From the NCBI GenBank assembly GCA_965235115.1, contig OZ249441.1, positions 31,372,001-31,436,000 on the forward strand: a DNA stretch of 64,000 bases, given 5' to 3'. The position numbers and the translations under genes were made by a program. The notes below the pieces were generated by a model. The model worked only from the letters and a program-made list of their open reading frames with translations, made no database searches and was not told the DNA's origin. The stretch is from Laetmonice hystrix (lineage: Eukaryota). Numbering within the stretch: the stretch's first letter is position 1; the number at the start of each line of letters is the position of its first letter. Of the stretch, positions 1-12,562 are shown piece after piece.

Positions 1-170
1 CATTAACGGCTAGAAACGAATCGTATGATAGTGACTGCTGGCCCAGTGAGAGGCAGGTCTGTGTGCCATCACCATTTGAAGATGGAGTGCAGGACTAGCA
101 GCCAGGACCGGAGCTCTGAGGCTGGATATGTAATCCAGGAGCCGTTATGGCCGGGGCTGAGCTGTGAGCT

Positions 171-630
171 GAAACTGTGGGGCAGGAGTCGAGGGTTAGA
201 GCCACGGGCTGGAGCTGTGAGGCAGGAGTCGGGGGTTAGAGCCACGGGCTGGAGCTGTGGGACAGAAGTCGGGGGTTAGAGCCACGGGCTGGAGCTGTGG
301 GACAGGAGTCGGGGGTTAGAGCCACGGGCTGGAGCTGTGGGACAGGAGTCGGGGGTTAGAGCCACGGGCTGGAGCTGTAGGGCAGGAGTCGGGGGTTAGA
401 GCCACGGGCTGGAGCTGTGGGACAGGAGTCGGGGGTTAGAGCCACGGGCTGGAGCTGTGGGACAGGAGTCGGGGGTTAGAGCCACGGGCTGGAGCTGTGG
501 GACAGGAGTCGGGGGTTAGAGCCACGGGCTGGAGCTGTGGGACAGGAGTCGGGGGTTAGAGCCACGGGCTGGAGCTGTGGGACAGGAGTCGGGGGTTAGA
601 GCCACGGGCTGGAGCTGTGGGGCAGGAGCC
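171..630. repeat. 40-bp GC-rich minisatellite, about 11 copies
   Basis: Unit GGGGGTTAGAGCCACGGGCTGGAGCTGTGGGACAGGAGTC is repeated almost perfectly. Confidence 0.97.
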
Positions 631-639
631 TGTAGCCGT

Positions 640-883
640 GAGGCTATAGAAGGGGGTCGGAGATTGGAGCCGGGTCGGGGTGGCCGATGGGGGCGATGCC
701 ATGGGAAAGGGATTTGACGATGAGAGAGAGGCCTGTGTATAAGGCCGCTGTACTCTTAGTGGCCGATGCGACAGCTCGCCTTTCAACCACATGATTGCTG
801 TCAAGCTCCAGATCTACAGCTTAAGTTAAGCATCCTGACGAGGCCAAACGACTTTTGTTAGGTATACAGGCCGAAACCATGTC
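640..883 (+). mobile_element. Penelope-like element pLTR/3' terminus remnant
   Basis: The ...CCTGACGAGGCC...GGCCGAAACCATGTC ending is the typical PLE terminal motif. No intact RT or GIY-YIG ORF is visible. Confidence 0.45.
835..883 (+). ncRNA. Hammerhead ribozyme core (minimal type I-like), Penelope-like element terminus
   Basis: CTGACGA (835-841), GGCC-23 nt loop-GGCC helix II (842-872), GAAA, then C-CAT-G-TC (short helix III, GUC cleavage triplet 881-883). The 3' strand of helix I does not pair well. Confidence 0.65.
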
Positions 884-1039
884 CATTTATAATGCTCATG
901 CTGTCGCAACACAATTAGATGTTCGTATAGTCACTGATAAAATACCTACTCTTTGCCAATGTCAGATTTTTATTGAATTGTGTTAGCTCAATATGTCAGC
1001 GCTGGATGCCGCACATCTTTTCTTTTAACAAACGAATGA

Positions 1040-1960
1040 TCCTGGATAGTGTTCTGGGTTCTACAGCAAGGTTACACTGGCTCCCGTCGAGGGATATGTT
1101 TCCTATCCCAAGATCTTTAACACTCAGTCTGTCGGGTAATCACTAATGCTGAGCGCCTTTCATGTCTACAGGGGAAACACGAGATATACGCTACTTAACT
1201 GCACTATAGTCCCTCCGTGAATTGGACTCAGTAACTGTACACGGACACAACAATCTTTCCAGAACTTTCTGGCGTAATTTAACCATTTAATATCCTTTTT
1301 CCCTCACGAAATTGTAGATTGGATCTGGAATTAATTATTGATTTCAGAGTCTGCTTATCCTTAATGACCGGCATTTAGCTCCGAATGTTGCATTTAAAAA
1401 AACTGAAATGAACATGCAATAAAGAACCTAAACGGAGATCTAACTAGATACATTCAAATCGATTGGAAAATAACTACTAAAAACACAATGGAACCGGAAA
1501 ACAGTGCACTATGAAATTAATACGTCAAATCAAACACAATAAACTCCGATTCTGATACAATATTTGAAAACTCAATCATGAAGATTCAAAATAGCCTATT
1601 TGAATATTGTTTCACATTTCATTCCCGAAGTGCAGACAACATGAGACCATTAGACACTCTCAAGCTTTCAGTTTTCCGAATACCAAGAAGTAAGCTTCCA
1701 TAATCTTATCCATAATCTTATCAAAGACCTAAACATAATTTGACTGACTCTCCAGGACCAAAGAACCGAAATGCTTACATAAATATTCCACTTGCAAGCC
1801 AAATGTTATCATTCAAAAAACCTTGCTTCGACATAACTTACAAGGTTATACTACCATTTTATTCTGACACAACTCCCGACATTCTGTACTGAAGCTACAT
1901 CATGAATGCTAACTTCAATACGTACACACGGTACTCGGAACAACAACACTCTTGTCAACT
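1040..1960 (+). mobile_element. Decayed L2/CR1-group LINE 3' fragments
   Basis: ARLHWLPVE at about 1066-1092 (L2-type LHWLPV motif), LTLQDQRTEML at about 1745 and THGTRNNNTLV at about 1925. Many stops. Confidence 0.45.
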
Positions 1961-2059
1961 TACTAGCAGGCCTTCATTTCCGTTTGACTACGACGTCATG
2001 GTAGATGAGACAATTTACGTCAATTTTATTAGGCCGCTGACCGATTTGGCAGATGGCAG

Positions 2060-2720
2060 GTGATCTGTTTTTTAGCCCTCAACCCGAAGGCGCGGGGGCT
2101 TCTAATTTGACCGCCGTCCGTACGTCCATACGTACGTCCCTACGTAGACAGCGATTTCGCAGAAGTGTATGGGTCAATTATGAAACTCTACTTTTGAGGG
2201 GCAATGTATATGCCAATGTATTATCTGTTAAGAGTAAATATGGAGACATAGGGGACATATTTGTTTATTGGCCCCCAAATAAGACTGTTTTGGCTCATAT
2301 CTCGAAAACGGTTCAATATAACACACTAGTTACTATTATTGACAGCTAAGAAGTCATATGAACTTTCGTTTGGCGCCATTTTTATGACTTTCTGTGACAT
2401 TGAAAAGTCAATCAAGGTCATACATATTTCCAATGGACTGTACCTCCAAAACAGTTGAAGATAACGACATAATCTTGCACGAAACATTACATCATGATCA
2501 GGGACAGTTTAAAGATGACACAGTCAAACATATTTTTTGGTAGCATTCAAAATGGCCGCCTGGTGAACACGGTAACCATATATTTTCTATAAGGCTAGGA
2601 AGTCTCATCATAGATCAGTATACATCTATGGTCTCATTCACCGCTATTCCCCTTTAGATTGAGTGACCTTGTGAGGTCAATCAAGGTCAGGGTCATTTTC
2701 GACGATTCATATCTCGAACA
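2060..2720 (+). mobile_element. Non-autonomous Helentron/DINE-1-like (HINE) element
   Basis: Starts TTTTTAGCC, has a short subterminal hairpin and a (CCGT/ACGT)n microsatellite (2112-2145), plus repeated tgaccttg/caaggtca and catatctcgaa motifs characteristic of this class. Confidence 0.55.
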
Positions 2721-3419
2721 CCCCAGGATTCAGTAGCAGTGGTCGTGACCAGTGTAACTGTAAAAAGAAATACGACTGCCTGCGACATTTCCAGGACTAC
2801 TAGTTAAAACCAATTATCATGTCATTAAAGGTCATTCTCCCTCCCAGCCCAACTTAGTGTTAAACGTGCCATTATTAGGGCAATCAAATATGACACCCTG
2901 AAATCACATGAACCTTTTTATGGTGTAAAGTATTTACGGTCTGTTTTGATGTTTTGCTTTCTTATGGCGGAAGAACTAGGCTCATCCCAATTATCAACTG
3001 TAATAATAAAAGAAAATACATGTATTTTCAAATCGAGGATCGAGAGTAATGTACTTATTATACCCATCACCTTGGCACGTTTAACTGACCGACCAACCGA
3101 TCGACTGACTGGCTAATTGACTTGATCGAATAACCATAACCTCCGTACAAAACTAATCATAATTATTAAACTACTCATTATACCCCTAGACATCTCTAGG
3201 TAACCATGCACGTTGACTGACAGATACACAATTAAAATGTAGCAGATTCAATAGCTCATGAATCACAAAGTCATTATGTCAGACTCAATCGGAGGCAAGG
3301 TCTCCCAGCTTGATATATAATATAACGAATGGACAGATTGTTAATGCCGTAGTTAGACTGCCTCACACTACACGATTTTGGGCTGCGAATGTATCGGCCA
3401 CGATTTTCTGTCGTGTCTA

Positions 3420-4063
3420 AAGCCCCTTTCACATACAACGTACGATTTTGTCACCCCTTCTGTCGTACGATTTTAGTGCGTCTACGACAGAAGGGGTGAC
3501 GTACGATTGTGAGAGGTTGATTTCTGAGTTGCGTAGTTACGGTCACAAATAGAATATGCATATTACGACTGTCGTGGGAAAAGAAGTCATGGCTGTAAAA
3601 GTCAAATCGTACGATGTTCCTAAGACAGTCTTATGAGCACCCTACGATTTGCACAAGACCACAACAGTCGCATGACAGACGTATGATGGTGGAATATTCG
3701 TACAACTGTCGTGGGTTTGACTTACGACAATCGTGGGACTATTGTAGGACAGTTCTACGATTCTGAGAGCCTCAGATGACCCCAAAATTATATGGAATTC
3801 GTAGGTCTATCGTAACACAGTCGTAGGACATCGTAGGGCATCGCACAACAGACCTACGAGATGGGCCTGATGTCGGAATTTGTCTACGATGCTGAAAAAA
3901 TTTTGAACATGTTCAAAACTCTACGACAAGGGACTACGACGGCATTTTCCGTCGCAGGACAGCTGAATTTTGTACTACACCCCCACGACCGTCCTACGAA
4001 TTTCCCCATTTTTCTGTCGTAGACTGTTGTATACCTGTTGTACGACGTATGTGAAAGGGGCTT
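3420..4063. mobile_element. MITE with perfect TIRs (PIF/Harbinger-like or TA-target), nested in a related ACGAT-rich element
   Basis: TAAAGCCCCTTTCACATAC (3418-3436) is the exact reverse complement of GTATGTGAAAGGGGCTTTA (4047-4065). Many internal TACGA/TCGTA motifs. Confidence 0.85.
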
Positions 4064-7000
4064 TATTAAGTTTTCGTGTTGTGTATAATCGTACGACCTC
4101 ACACTACACGATTTGCTGCGGTTTCCTAGAACTTCCTTCGACACGATAAGACAAAGTGTTGGCGGGAAGTTTCTGGTCATTTGACCTGGAAAATGGCACG
4201 AGCTAGGTGGGAAAATGAGGTGCGTGCGCAGAAGAGATTTGTGGGATACGTCACGAAAACCACAGGTTTCCTACGATACTCGATTCTCCATGATTCCTCA
4301 CCACACGATATTTTGCCTACGACACAACAAGACTGGTGTTAGGAAATTTTGTTTTTGTTTGTTTGTAATAGTAGACCGTTAACAGAAATTTATTTGTAGG
4401 AACAATCGATGTCTTTTTTCTTCTTCTTTTTTTCTCCTTAATTTATTTTCACTGCAAGTCTAATTAGTCGCAAGAAGATTGACTGTGCTTTAAGACGAGC
4501 TTTGCAGTAGTTCACAGGAGTAAGTGTGGCAGATACTCATGAAAAACAGCCAAACGCAATTACATTTAACTTAATGCTGAAATCCAATGGATAGAGTGTT
4601 ATAACCTGCTGTGAGATTTGACCTTGACTTGGCCAGTTTATGCTGAGGCGGTGTCAGGCTATTTTCCAAGCTGTGACAGACGGGGAGGGGTACCTTTAGA
4701 TGGAAGGTAAGTGGTCCTCAGCGTTATACCAGTCAATAACACACAAACCACCGGGCCACTCACCACACTTCATCTGGAGCCCACATTTCAAGCATCTAAA
4801 CTCTATGCCTGCTTCGTCTTGTCATGGAACTAATTTCATTGCATAGAGGGGAAATGGTGAGATTTAACGCCCTGTACTTTAAAATTATAAAAGTATAAAG
4901 ACTTTCTATCGAAGCTATCTCTGAGTCATAATGACGGGCTGAAACTGAAAAACCTACAATTCTAACTCTATTATCGCAATCCTGAGGAAATTCGGCCCTA
5001 AGTTAGGAGTTGACGGGGTGAGGACATCATGTACTAAATATCTCTAAATTGGTAGGAACGTTTAAAAAATAGTTTTCCTTTAAATTGCTACTAAATGTTG
5101 GTTGCAGGCTTCTCCACTTATTTATGCCCGGGCGAACATCTAACGGATGAAACCTTGTGAGAAAACTGGTTTGAATCAGAGCTCATTAGCTGTGTATAAA
5201 CAGCGCTCCAATTAATAGCATGGTCGCAAGTCTCATCGGTTGCCTAGCCTTGTAATGCCGCCATACTCAGCGTTACTTAGCGTGAGCCAGTCGAGTAGCA
5301 AACACAAAAACTGACACCGTCAGCAATTTTCTGCTCCCTGGAAATATATTAACATCTTGCACGGGTTAGCTCGCCGACTGCCGAATCCATTACAAGTAGT
5401 GGTGAATTTAAGCCTTGAAAACATTAACATGTATAACCTGTGGATTGAATAGATGTTCTAAAAGACCTCCCATTGTTCTTTACTAATGGCCTCAGAGATA
5501 ACAGTAATATAAATATAAGATAATAATGAAATAAACTTCCATACAATGTATGGTGTAAATACCACCGACTACATAACAAATCGTGCCGTTGAGAAGGAGT
5601 TAGTGAGATAATTCAACCTATCTATAAGCGATGGTCCTAAAACACACAGAGATTGCTTTTAGGTTTGGTTTCGCTGGTTCTGATACAAAGTCAGTCAAGA
5701 AAGAAATAACTCTGGCAGTCGCCCATGTTCATCTGCTCCGAGTGGGCGCCAGTGACGGCGCTCGGAGACGATCAATGGACGGTCTGGTCCGGCAGCGGGC
5801 CGTGCCGCTCGCTCGTATTAAACTGAATAACAATTCTGTTGCCTACAATATCACTTCTCATCTTTCGATGTGATCAGCCAGAAATCCAATTTTTCTGAAG
5901 GAGTAAAACGAGGGAAGGACACGGTCGGAGGGTCGGCATGCAGGGTGGGGGCTGGAGGTCGGGGTGGGGTGGAAAGAGTGGAGGGAAAAGGGCGCCGATC
6001 TTCTTGGAATCCTAACAAGGTAATCAGAGGATGGCAAAATGCCTGACACGTATTCAGGCCAGTCTTGTTTGATTCGATGCTTGTTTTCAATATGTGACAT
6101 ACAATCTAGTCATGGTTTTATCTTTTCCTCCAGTCATGGTTCTCACAAGTACAGCTATGGTGCTTTTTAATCCAATACAGGAACGCTATGGCAAAAGTCT
6201 CGATATTTCATCTCAAAATATGTCCGATAACACTGTCTCTGCTTTAAACTTAAAAGCAAGATCCCTCAAAATATTAAATACTGAAACGACCTTAGAAACC
6301 TAAGCTGAAGGTTACATAGTGAATGGCATTCACAAGTGTGGTTCACGATTTCATTATTTCAGGTCAATTCGCCCAACATAAGTTGGAAAGGCAAAGATGG
6401 AAAGTATTTTTGTTTTAATCGACTAAGCATCATTCCATTACCGTTTCTCTCTGAAGTTATTTACAAGATGTGTGGACATGGATTAAGGAAAGTACATCAA
6501 TCGGCCAAAGAGGCCTTTGAAAAATCATGTTAGGAATTTTGGTATAAATATGTGGATATTGGACATTGAAAACCACTTGGAAATATTGACATCTCCCTTC
6601 CCTTTTAATAACTTAATAAGTTAATAATTTAACAATGAACACCGAGTATATTTCTGAGTAATGCTGGTCCATACGTGAGCCATGCATTCTCTGCCGACCA
6701 TATGACCAGTAGATGAGGGTAGGAGACTGCGCCAACCATTAATAAGTCAAATTAATTATATATACGTCATTGACGTCCTGTCTGATGGTAGCTGTCTGTG
6801 GACCGAACAAGGGAACATCCCGACAACCACGCCCCGTGCAATCCATACATCATGTCAATTGACAACACAAGGATGTATTTCACTGTCGCCGGCTATAAAT
6901 TACGGTACTCTCTATCCATGTCTATCCTCAGGCTCGGTCAAACTTCAAGTGTTTAAGTCATGGCCAACCGCAAGCGTCTGAGCGGAAGTAGCGGAAGTAG

Positions 7001-7093
7001 ATGGCGTTGTTGACAAGATGCAAAGATTAGTGACCATAGATATCCAATCCTTGGGTACTTGCAAGCTCTTGCCATTCACTTTAACCCGGTTGT

Positions 7094-7241
7094 GGGTGTG
7101 CGGGTGGGTATTTGGGGTTTTACACCTTGCAACAGCCAGGGTCATACTACAGCCAAAGGCAGTTTTTCCTGGTGGAGGAAACCGGAGTACTCGGAGGAAA
7201 CCGCCGGCCTTCGGGAGCTCACTGACAAACCTTTCACACAT
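7094..7241 (-). mobile_element. tRNA-derived SINE, headless partial copy
   Basis: Matches the tail and core of the full copy at 53949-54213 (GGTGGAGGAAACCGGAGTACTCGGAGGAAACC). Confidence 0.85.
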
Positions 7242-7365
7242 TTAAAAACCGTTTGTGGGATACCATTGCATAATATCTATACAGTTCCTGTGTAGAGAGA
7301 TGCGGAATAAGATAGTATGTTTAAAGAAGCATCAAACTCATTTGAAAAAAAAATGTTAGTTACAG

Positions 7366-7515
7366 ATTTGGGGTTTTACGCCTTGCCTTCGGGGAGAAAC
7401 TGACTGGAAAACCTTTCACACATGCAGCCCTGGCCGGAGATCGAACCAGCACCGCAGTGGTGTGAGGCGATGGTCCTAGGTGTCAACCCTTAGCCCACTC
7501 GGCCACCAGAGCCCC
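7366..7515 (-). mobile_element. tRNA-derived SINE, internally deleted copy with head
   Basis: A-box and B-box head (reverse complement of GATCGAACC...CCACTCGGCCACC) matching 54105-54213. The core is deleted. Confidence 0.85.
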
Positions 7516-9015
7516 CCACCAACCCCCATACTTAAGCAACTACAATCATTTTTTTTATATTTTTGTTGTTGTTGGAGAGAAAGAAAGACAGAGAGAGACA
7601 CACACAGCGAGACAGACAGACAGAGACAGAGAGAAAGAATGAATGTATGACGCTAGTATTGGTGTCTGTGTGTTTTGATTTTTGTTGCATTATTGCTGAC
7701 TGTTTGAACTCCAGGTTACAGATTCTTGCCCATTCATAATGGCAGGGCGCAATTTCGTCATTATATTCTCTTCTTTTTTTGGACCGTAGCCAAACATAAC
7801 ACGAGCTGGTCTCCGAGAGGGTTGGATAGTCTCTCATTACTATTGGGCTGAGGATGTGTTGGCGGTAAGCCCTTGCGCCCTCACACCTTCACAACTTATA
7901 ACACCCGAGTACCTCCAGGAGTCACAATCTTCAGATGTCTCTGAACGATCTTTGACTGTTTCTGTAGCAGGGCATTTAAATTATGACAATAACTGGAAAC
8001 AAAATATTCATCTAGTAAAACAACTTTTGCTTCTACTCCTCATTGTGCTTTCTATATTTTATCATTTTCATGAGTACATTATGTGAACGATTTCCCACTC
8101 AAACGTTAGAGTAGAGTGCATTAGCGACGTTGGAAGAGCTGTCTATTCACACATAATTATTCGTCCATGGAGAGTGTACCATAAAGACTAACATTTTATG
8201 AACACCGCATGTTTTGGGCTCTTGAAATCGTATGAGTCCAAACCCTTCCACTGATAACAAACATCAAACATTTTTCAAATATACTACCCATATCATTTTT
8301 TAAAATCACCGTAATTATTGGACTATCTTTGCTTTATACCATACATCAAACGCATTTAGGAGTATCCTGTTTGGACCACGGGGCTTAGATTTTCCATCAA
8401 AGGCCCCTCCAGTCTCGATGCAATCTAGAATACTAAAATGGAACTCTTCAAACGAAATGGAAGCAAGAGTGGAAAACAGCTTCAAATGGCTAGGTCATTT
8501 CACAACGTTATCCAATGAATGGGCTCTAAAGGACTTTCAGCTCTTGTGCTAACGGAAATGGGTTTCAGTAAGATCTCGGCCTTAATGGCACAACTCCTCC
8601 TTGGAAGGTGCTCAACTGCTACGGTGCGGGTGTTGGTGTGACCATATAACGCAAGCCGTGCTGACCATTAGGCCCGCCACATGTGAACACACCCTGCCAT
8701 GAGGAGCAGGTCTGCATACAAAGTTTGCGGAGGGTGCAACATAACAAAATTCCTGGTCGGAGGGCCACACTGACGTGTTGGTGAAATATTGCGAGCTGCA
8801 TAGGCCAATGTCAGCTTATAATGGACAAAAAAGTTTACAACTTACCGATAGCGACATTTGCTAGAGCCAGAAATAAATAGAAAACTCAGGTCATGAATCA
8901 GTTCCTTAATATTATAGTTCTTTGTTACCGTCTCATCATCAGTCATTCTTGTCATATGATAATCAGCCCAATTTTAATGACCACATGCCAGTATTCCTGG
9001 AAATTAGTCTACCTG

Positions 9016-9114
9016 GCCCCGGTTATAATCGGATTGGTCAAATCCATATTTGACCAAGGTTTTGACTAAGGTAGTCAAATTTGACCACCCAAATCAGTTT
9101 CTTGAAACCGGGGC
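9016..9114. mobile_element. Small MITE with CTG target-site duplication
   Basis: CTG|GCCCCGGTT...AACCGGGGC|CTG, with internal inverted ggtcaaat/atttgacc motifs. Confidence 0.7.
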
Positions 9115-9258
9115 CTGGTGGCCACAGTGTGTGTACGAAATATATGATTAGGCATAGGCCCTGTCTCTACAGATCTGGGGAAAGAGGACTAGGGACACCG
9201 CCCACGAGTGTCCTCATCAAGCAGATCTCCTTTAAAAAGAGTGCGCTCTACCGATCTG

Positions 9259-9402
9259 GGGGCCCGTCTCACTAAGGCTGGTTAATAACCAGATCGTTAC
9301 ATTAACATAGGAGTGAATGGAAGGCTGCTGGTTACAGCCACCATTCACTCCTATGTTAATTTAACGATCTGGTTATTAACCAGCCTTAGTGAGACGGGCC
9401 CC
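9259..9402. mobile_element. Foldback MITE, 144-bp near-perfect palindrome
   Basis: Arms of about 62 bp (GGGGCCCGTCTCACTAAGGCTGG...GGAGTGAATGG and its reverse complement) with one mismatch and a 20-nt loop. Confidence 0.9.
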
Positions 9403-9929
9403 TATAAGGAAAAATTACTAATGGTAATTACAATTACAATTTATAACCTGATCTCATCTACTGTCCAAGTTTAAAAAAAAAGAGTCCAGATCAGCTATAC
9501 AGGTTACAAAAAGATTGGTAGTAACGAGGGAATTGGCGATGGAGACGCAGCATCAGTTTGCCTGGCCGAGTTGGGCGCAGCTGACGGAGTTAGGGGGTTT
9601 CCAACAAAAGCTGCGGTCTTATTTGTCTTAGCAGGCCGTGATTCATTAAGCAGACCCAGGTGGTAGGGATCGACCACGGAGGAGTGTTCTAGTAAGACCC
9701 ATTATGAAAGTCCCCAGCCCTCGACAGGAAGCCCGCGATGTGCTAGTCGTTCTCAGACAAGACGGACTCGGATTCATGACCTCGGACCTCCAGAGGATGG
9801 CACCGTCGGTGATGAGAGTGTTCCTCCGCCACACCCACCCATCCACTCATCAATCAAACAAATTCACAAATGTGACAACTTTACGAGCCAAACCTTCCCC
9901 CAGCTGAACTGATTAAAGAGAGCCTGATG

Positions 9930-10260
9930 TGCCGTGTAGCCGTTCTGACGATGTTTTCAAGTGACATTTTTTAAACCCGGACAGCACATTCGTCCATGTT
10001 GAGCTCATTTTTGACTTGGTATCTGAAATAATAACTTGCCGTTGAAGGGCAGAGAAACGTCAAGTCTACAGAGGTTAAGGTGCCGACGACGGCGGTTATA
10101 TTCTGGACACGACCCATGTTATAATACAGGTCATGCAGCCTTGCGTCCTGGCTCACGGTCGATAGTCCAATCAAAGCATTAGGTTTGCTATTATTTGATA
10201 AGCAGGCAAGGAGCTCAAGGCCGTACCACCTGGTCCTATCATGACTTTGCCCTCAGCTCA
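9930..10260 (-). mobile_element. Possible decayed CR1/L2 ORF1 (SGNH esterase-like) fragment
   Basis: ELLACL..KPNALIGLSTV...LTFL...LNMD resembles the C-terminal half of a LINE ORF1 esterase. Weak. Confidence 0.25.
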
Positions 10261-10679
10261 GTTTAACCTCTTCTAGTCTGGGTCGTAGTTTTGGGCCAAA
10301 TAAAAGAAAGTAGAAGTCCGGTACATCATATGCTCCCTCCAAACACTTCCCCAAACTTTATTCCCAAAACATCATTTGAAGGTGTTTTGGCTCAACCATG
10401 AGGCTATCTATAATGTATTAATAAGCCAACTTTATGCATGAATGCATTGTAATAAACTTGCTTTCATTATACATTTTCTGATGATCTCAATGGAGCCTCA
10501 GTAGTTTCCACATAGCTTTCTGACAGCGAAAGTATTGTCTTGTATGCATAATTGATAGCAATGTTGTAATGTAGACAAGCACGTTTTTCTAGCCCTTTTC
10601 AGGTAGGTCGCCAAAAATTAAATATTGATTGAGAGAAAGGGAGAAATGCTTGCTGTAAGTTAACATGAGAGTTTACTCC

Positions 10680-10920
10680 GTCGATATCACCACCCAGTGG
10701 TTGAATGTTTCATGACAGATCCGAGGGGTCTCCGCAGGACGAGTTCCGCTCCAAGTTACAACTTCCCCCTCCCTTCAAGCTGTCCTCCATCTGCACGGCG
10801 GCTGGTTTAATCAAACAAAATCACGGCCTTCCCCACTCGTGAAACATGTAGAAAGGAAGGCATCGCCGGTACACAGTCCTTCAGCGATAAGGACAATGTG
10901 GGAAAGGAAGTCATATATAT
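10680..10920 (+). mobile_element. Decayed DIRS-like reverse transcriptase fragment
   Basis: PFKLSS (10771), PLVKH (10833) and, after a frameshift, RKEGI parallel the DIRS RT motif PFGLSS...RPLVKHWR..GI. Confidence 0.4.
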
Positions 10921-12512
10921 CTCTTGTTAAAACGATATTCACCGCCCGATATCCAGGTTTACATTCGCATACATCAATGTGACACTTCATTGTATAGTGG
11001 TTGTATGCAGTTTTCTAACTCTGAAGAGGCTTGTAATCTTCTATGTTAAGAAGATTCTATGTCAATGCTACGTCTGGCTCACTGATTTCTGAGAGGATAA
11101 AAGCAGAGAAACTTCTGACAATCCTAGTTGCAGCAGATCTTGGGGCTGATCACGATACATCAAGACAAAAGGAAGTTTGGAGCTATGCGATATCGTCTAC
11201 ATCCGACAAACAAGGCCTACTACATTTTATTCCTATGGTTTGGCAAGGTAAATTGCAGTTCAAGAATAATGCCACGTCCAGCATTCTGTGTTATCAGTAC
11301 ATTCTCTAAGTTTTTAGTGAAATGATTTATTGACGGATTTTGGCCGCCGTTTTATCTTCATATTGCCCTATCATATTCACGGAAGGCTCGTGTCTACATC
11401 CACGCAACTGGTCAAAGTTAGTGCGCAGGGCTTTCATCAATTCACCCTCACTCGGTGGCCGCGCGCACCCAGCTCTCCCACGCGCGTCTGATGGCTCCGA
11501 GGGCGAGTCACTTCAAGGTGCCCCCTTGCGACAGAATGCGACAGATACAGACATGGTTTCACTGTGCTCCTACTTCACGGAGCTGTGCTCCTCTTCACGG
11601 AGCAAACCACTGACCAACCCAATCAAAGACTTGGCCCTTGGAAAAAACCTGATCCAATACTATTTCTTTTCACTGAGGTGCAACTTTCGTTCACTGAGCA
11701 TGAGACACACTCGGAGCGGTATCCTAAATCCTAAAATTACTATCACCGAACAAGCTTAGGCCTTAATACCGTTCGCAAACAATTTCTATTTTTGTTTTAA
11801 GACCAAATGGCATTCCAGATTTCTCTTCACAAAAAAACTGCGTTTCCAAAATTATTCCTTGGTCCAATCGTAATTAAGACATTTCAGGGCCACAACGCTT
11901 GTGGTATCCGAATTGAATTACAGTAGTTTGGCTGGGATTGCAGTATGTCGATCCGACCAAATGCTATTGACTTCAGGCAGGGAACTCGATTCTGAGGAAT
12001 CAAATTACCCGACCAGTTGCCATGCTCTGGCCAAATTACAGCATTCATTTAAGAGGGAATGTAGTATTGATTCACTAATGGAGATACAATATCTATATTT
12101 ACGAACCAATTATTGATAGCACCCGAGATCTGCACTGTTAACCTAATTGAACAAGGACGACTTACAATCACAAAACTGAACATTGCTGACTGTGCACAGA
12201 GGGTTTTGCACTCTGCTTCCTCTTAATTATTCTTGAACTAAGATATATATTGTTAGTATTGGGCTGGAAAGGGTTTCTCTGGTAACCTAATTAAAGTAGG
12301 CCCTGATCAACATGTCCGTTTAAATGAGTCTCCTGCTTCCCAATACATTCTGGTGGGTGACGTTTAGATCTGGTTCTCCACCAGAAAACCATGCCCAGAA
12401 AGTAAACTCAATGTTGTGTGGTACCAATACTGTGGCAGCTTAGCATGACGCCTTGGGTCTCCGAATACAGGAGTCCCCTCTCGGCTAAGAATCCGTCCCA
12501 CGGTTCATACTG

Positions 12513-12560
<48 letters not shown>
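12513..12560. repeat. poly-C plus (CT)n microsatellite
   Basis: About 19 CT units following a C run. Confidence 0.95.
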
Positions 12561-12562
<2 letters not shown>

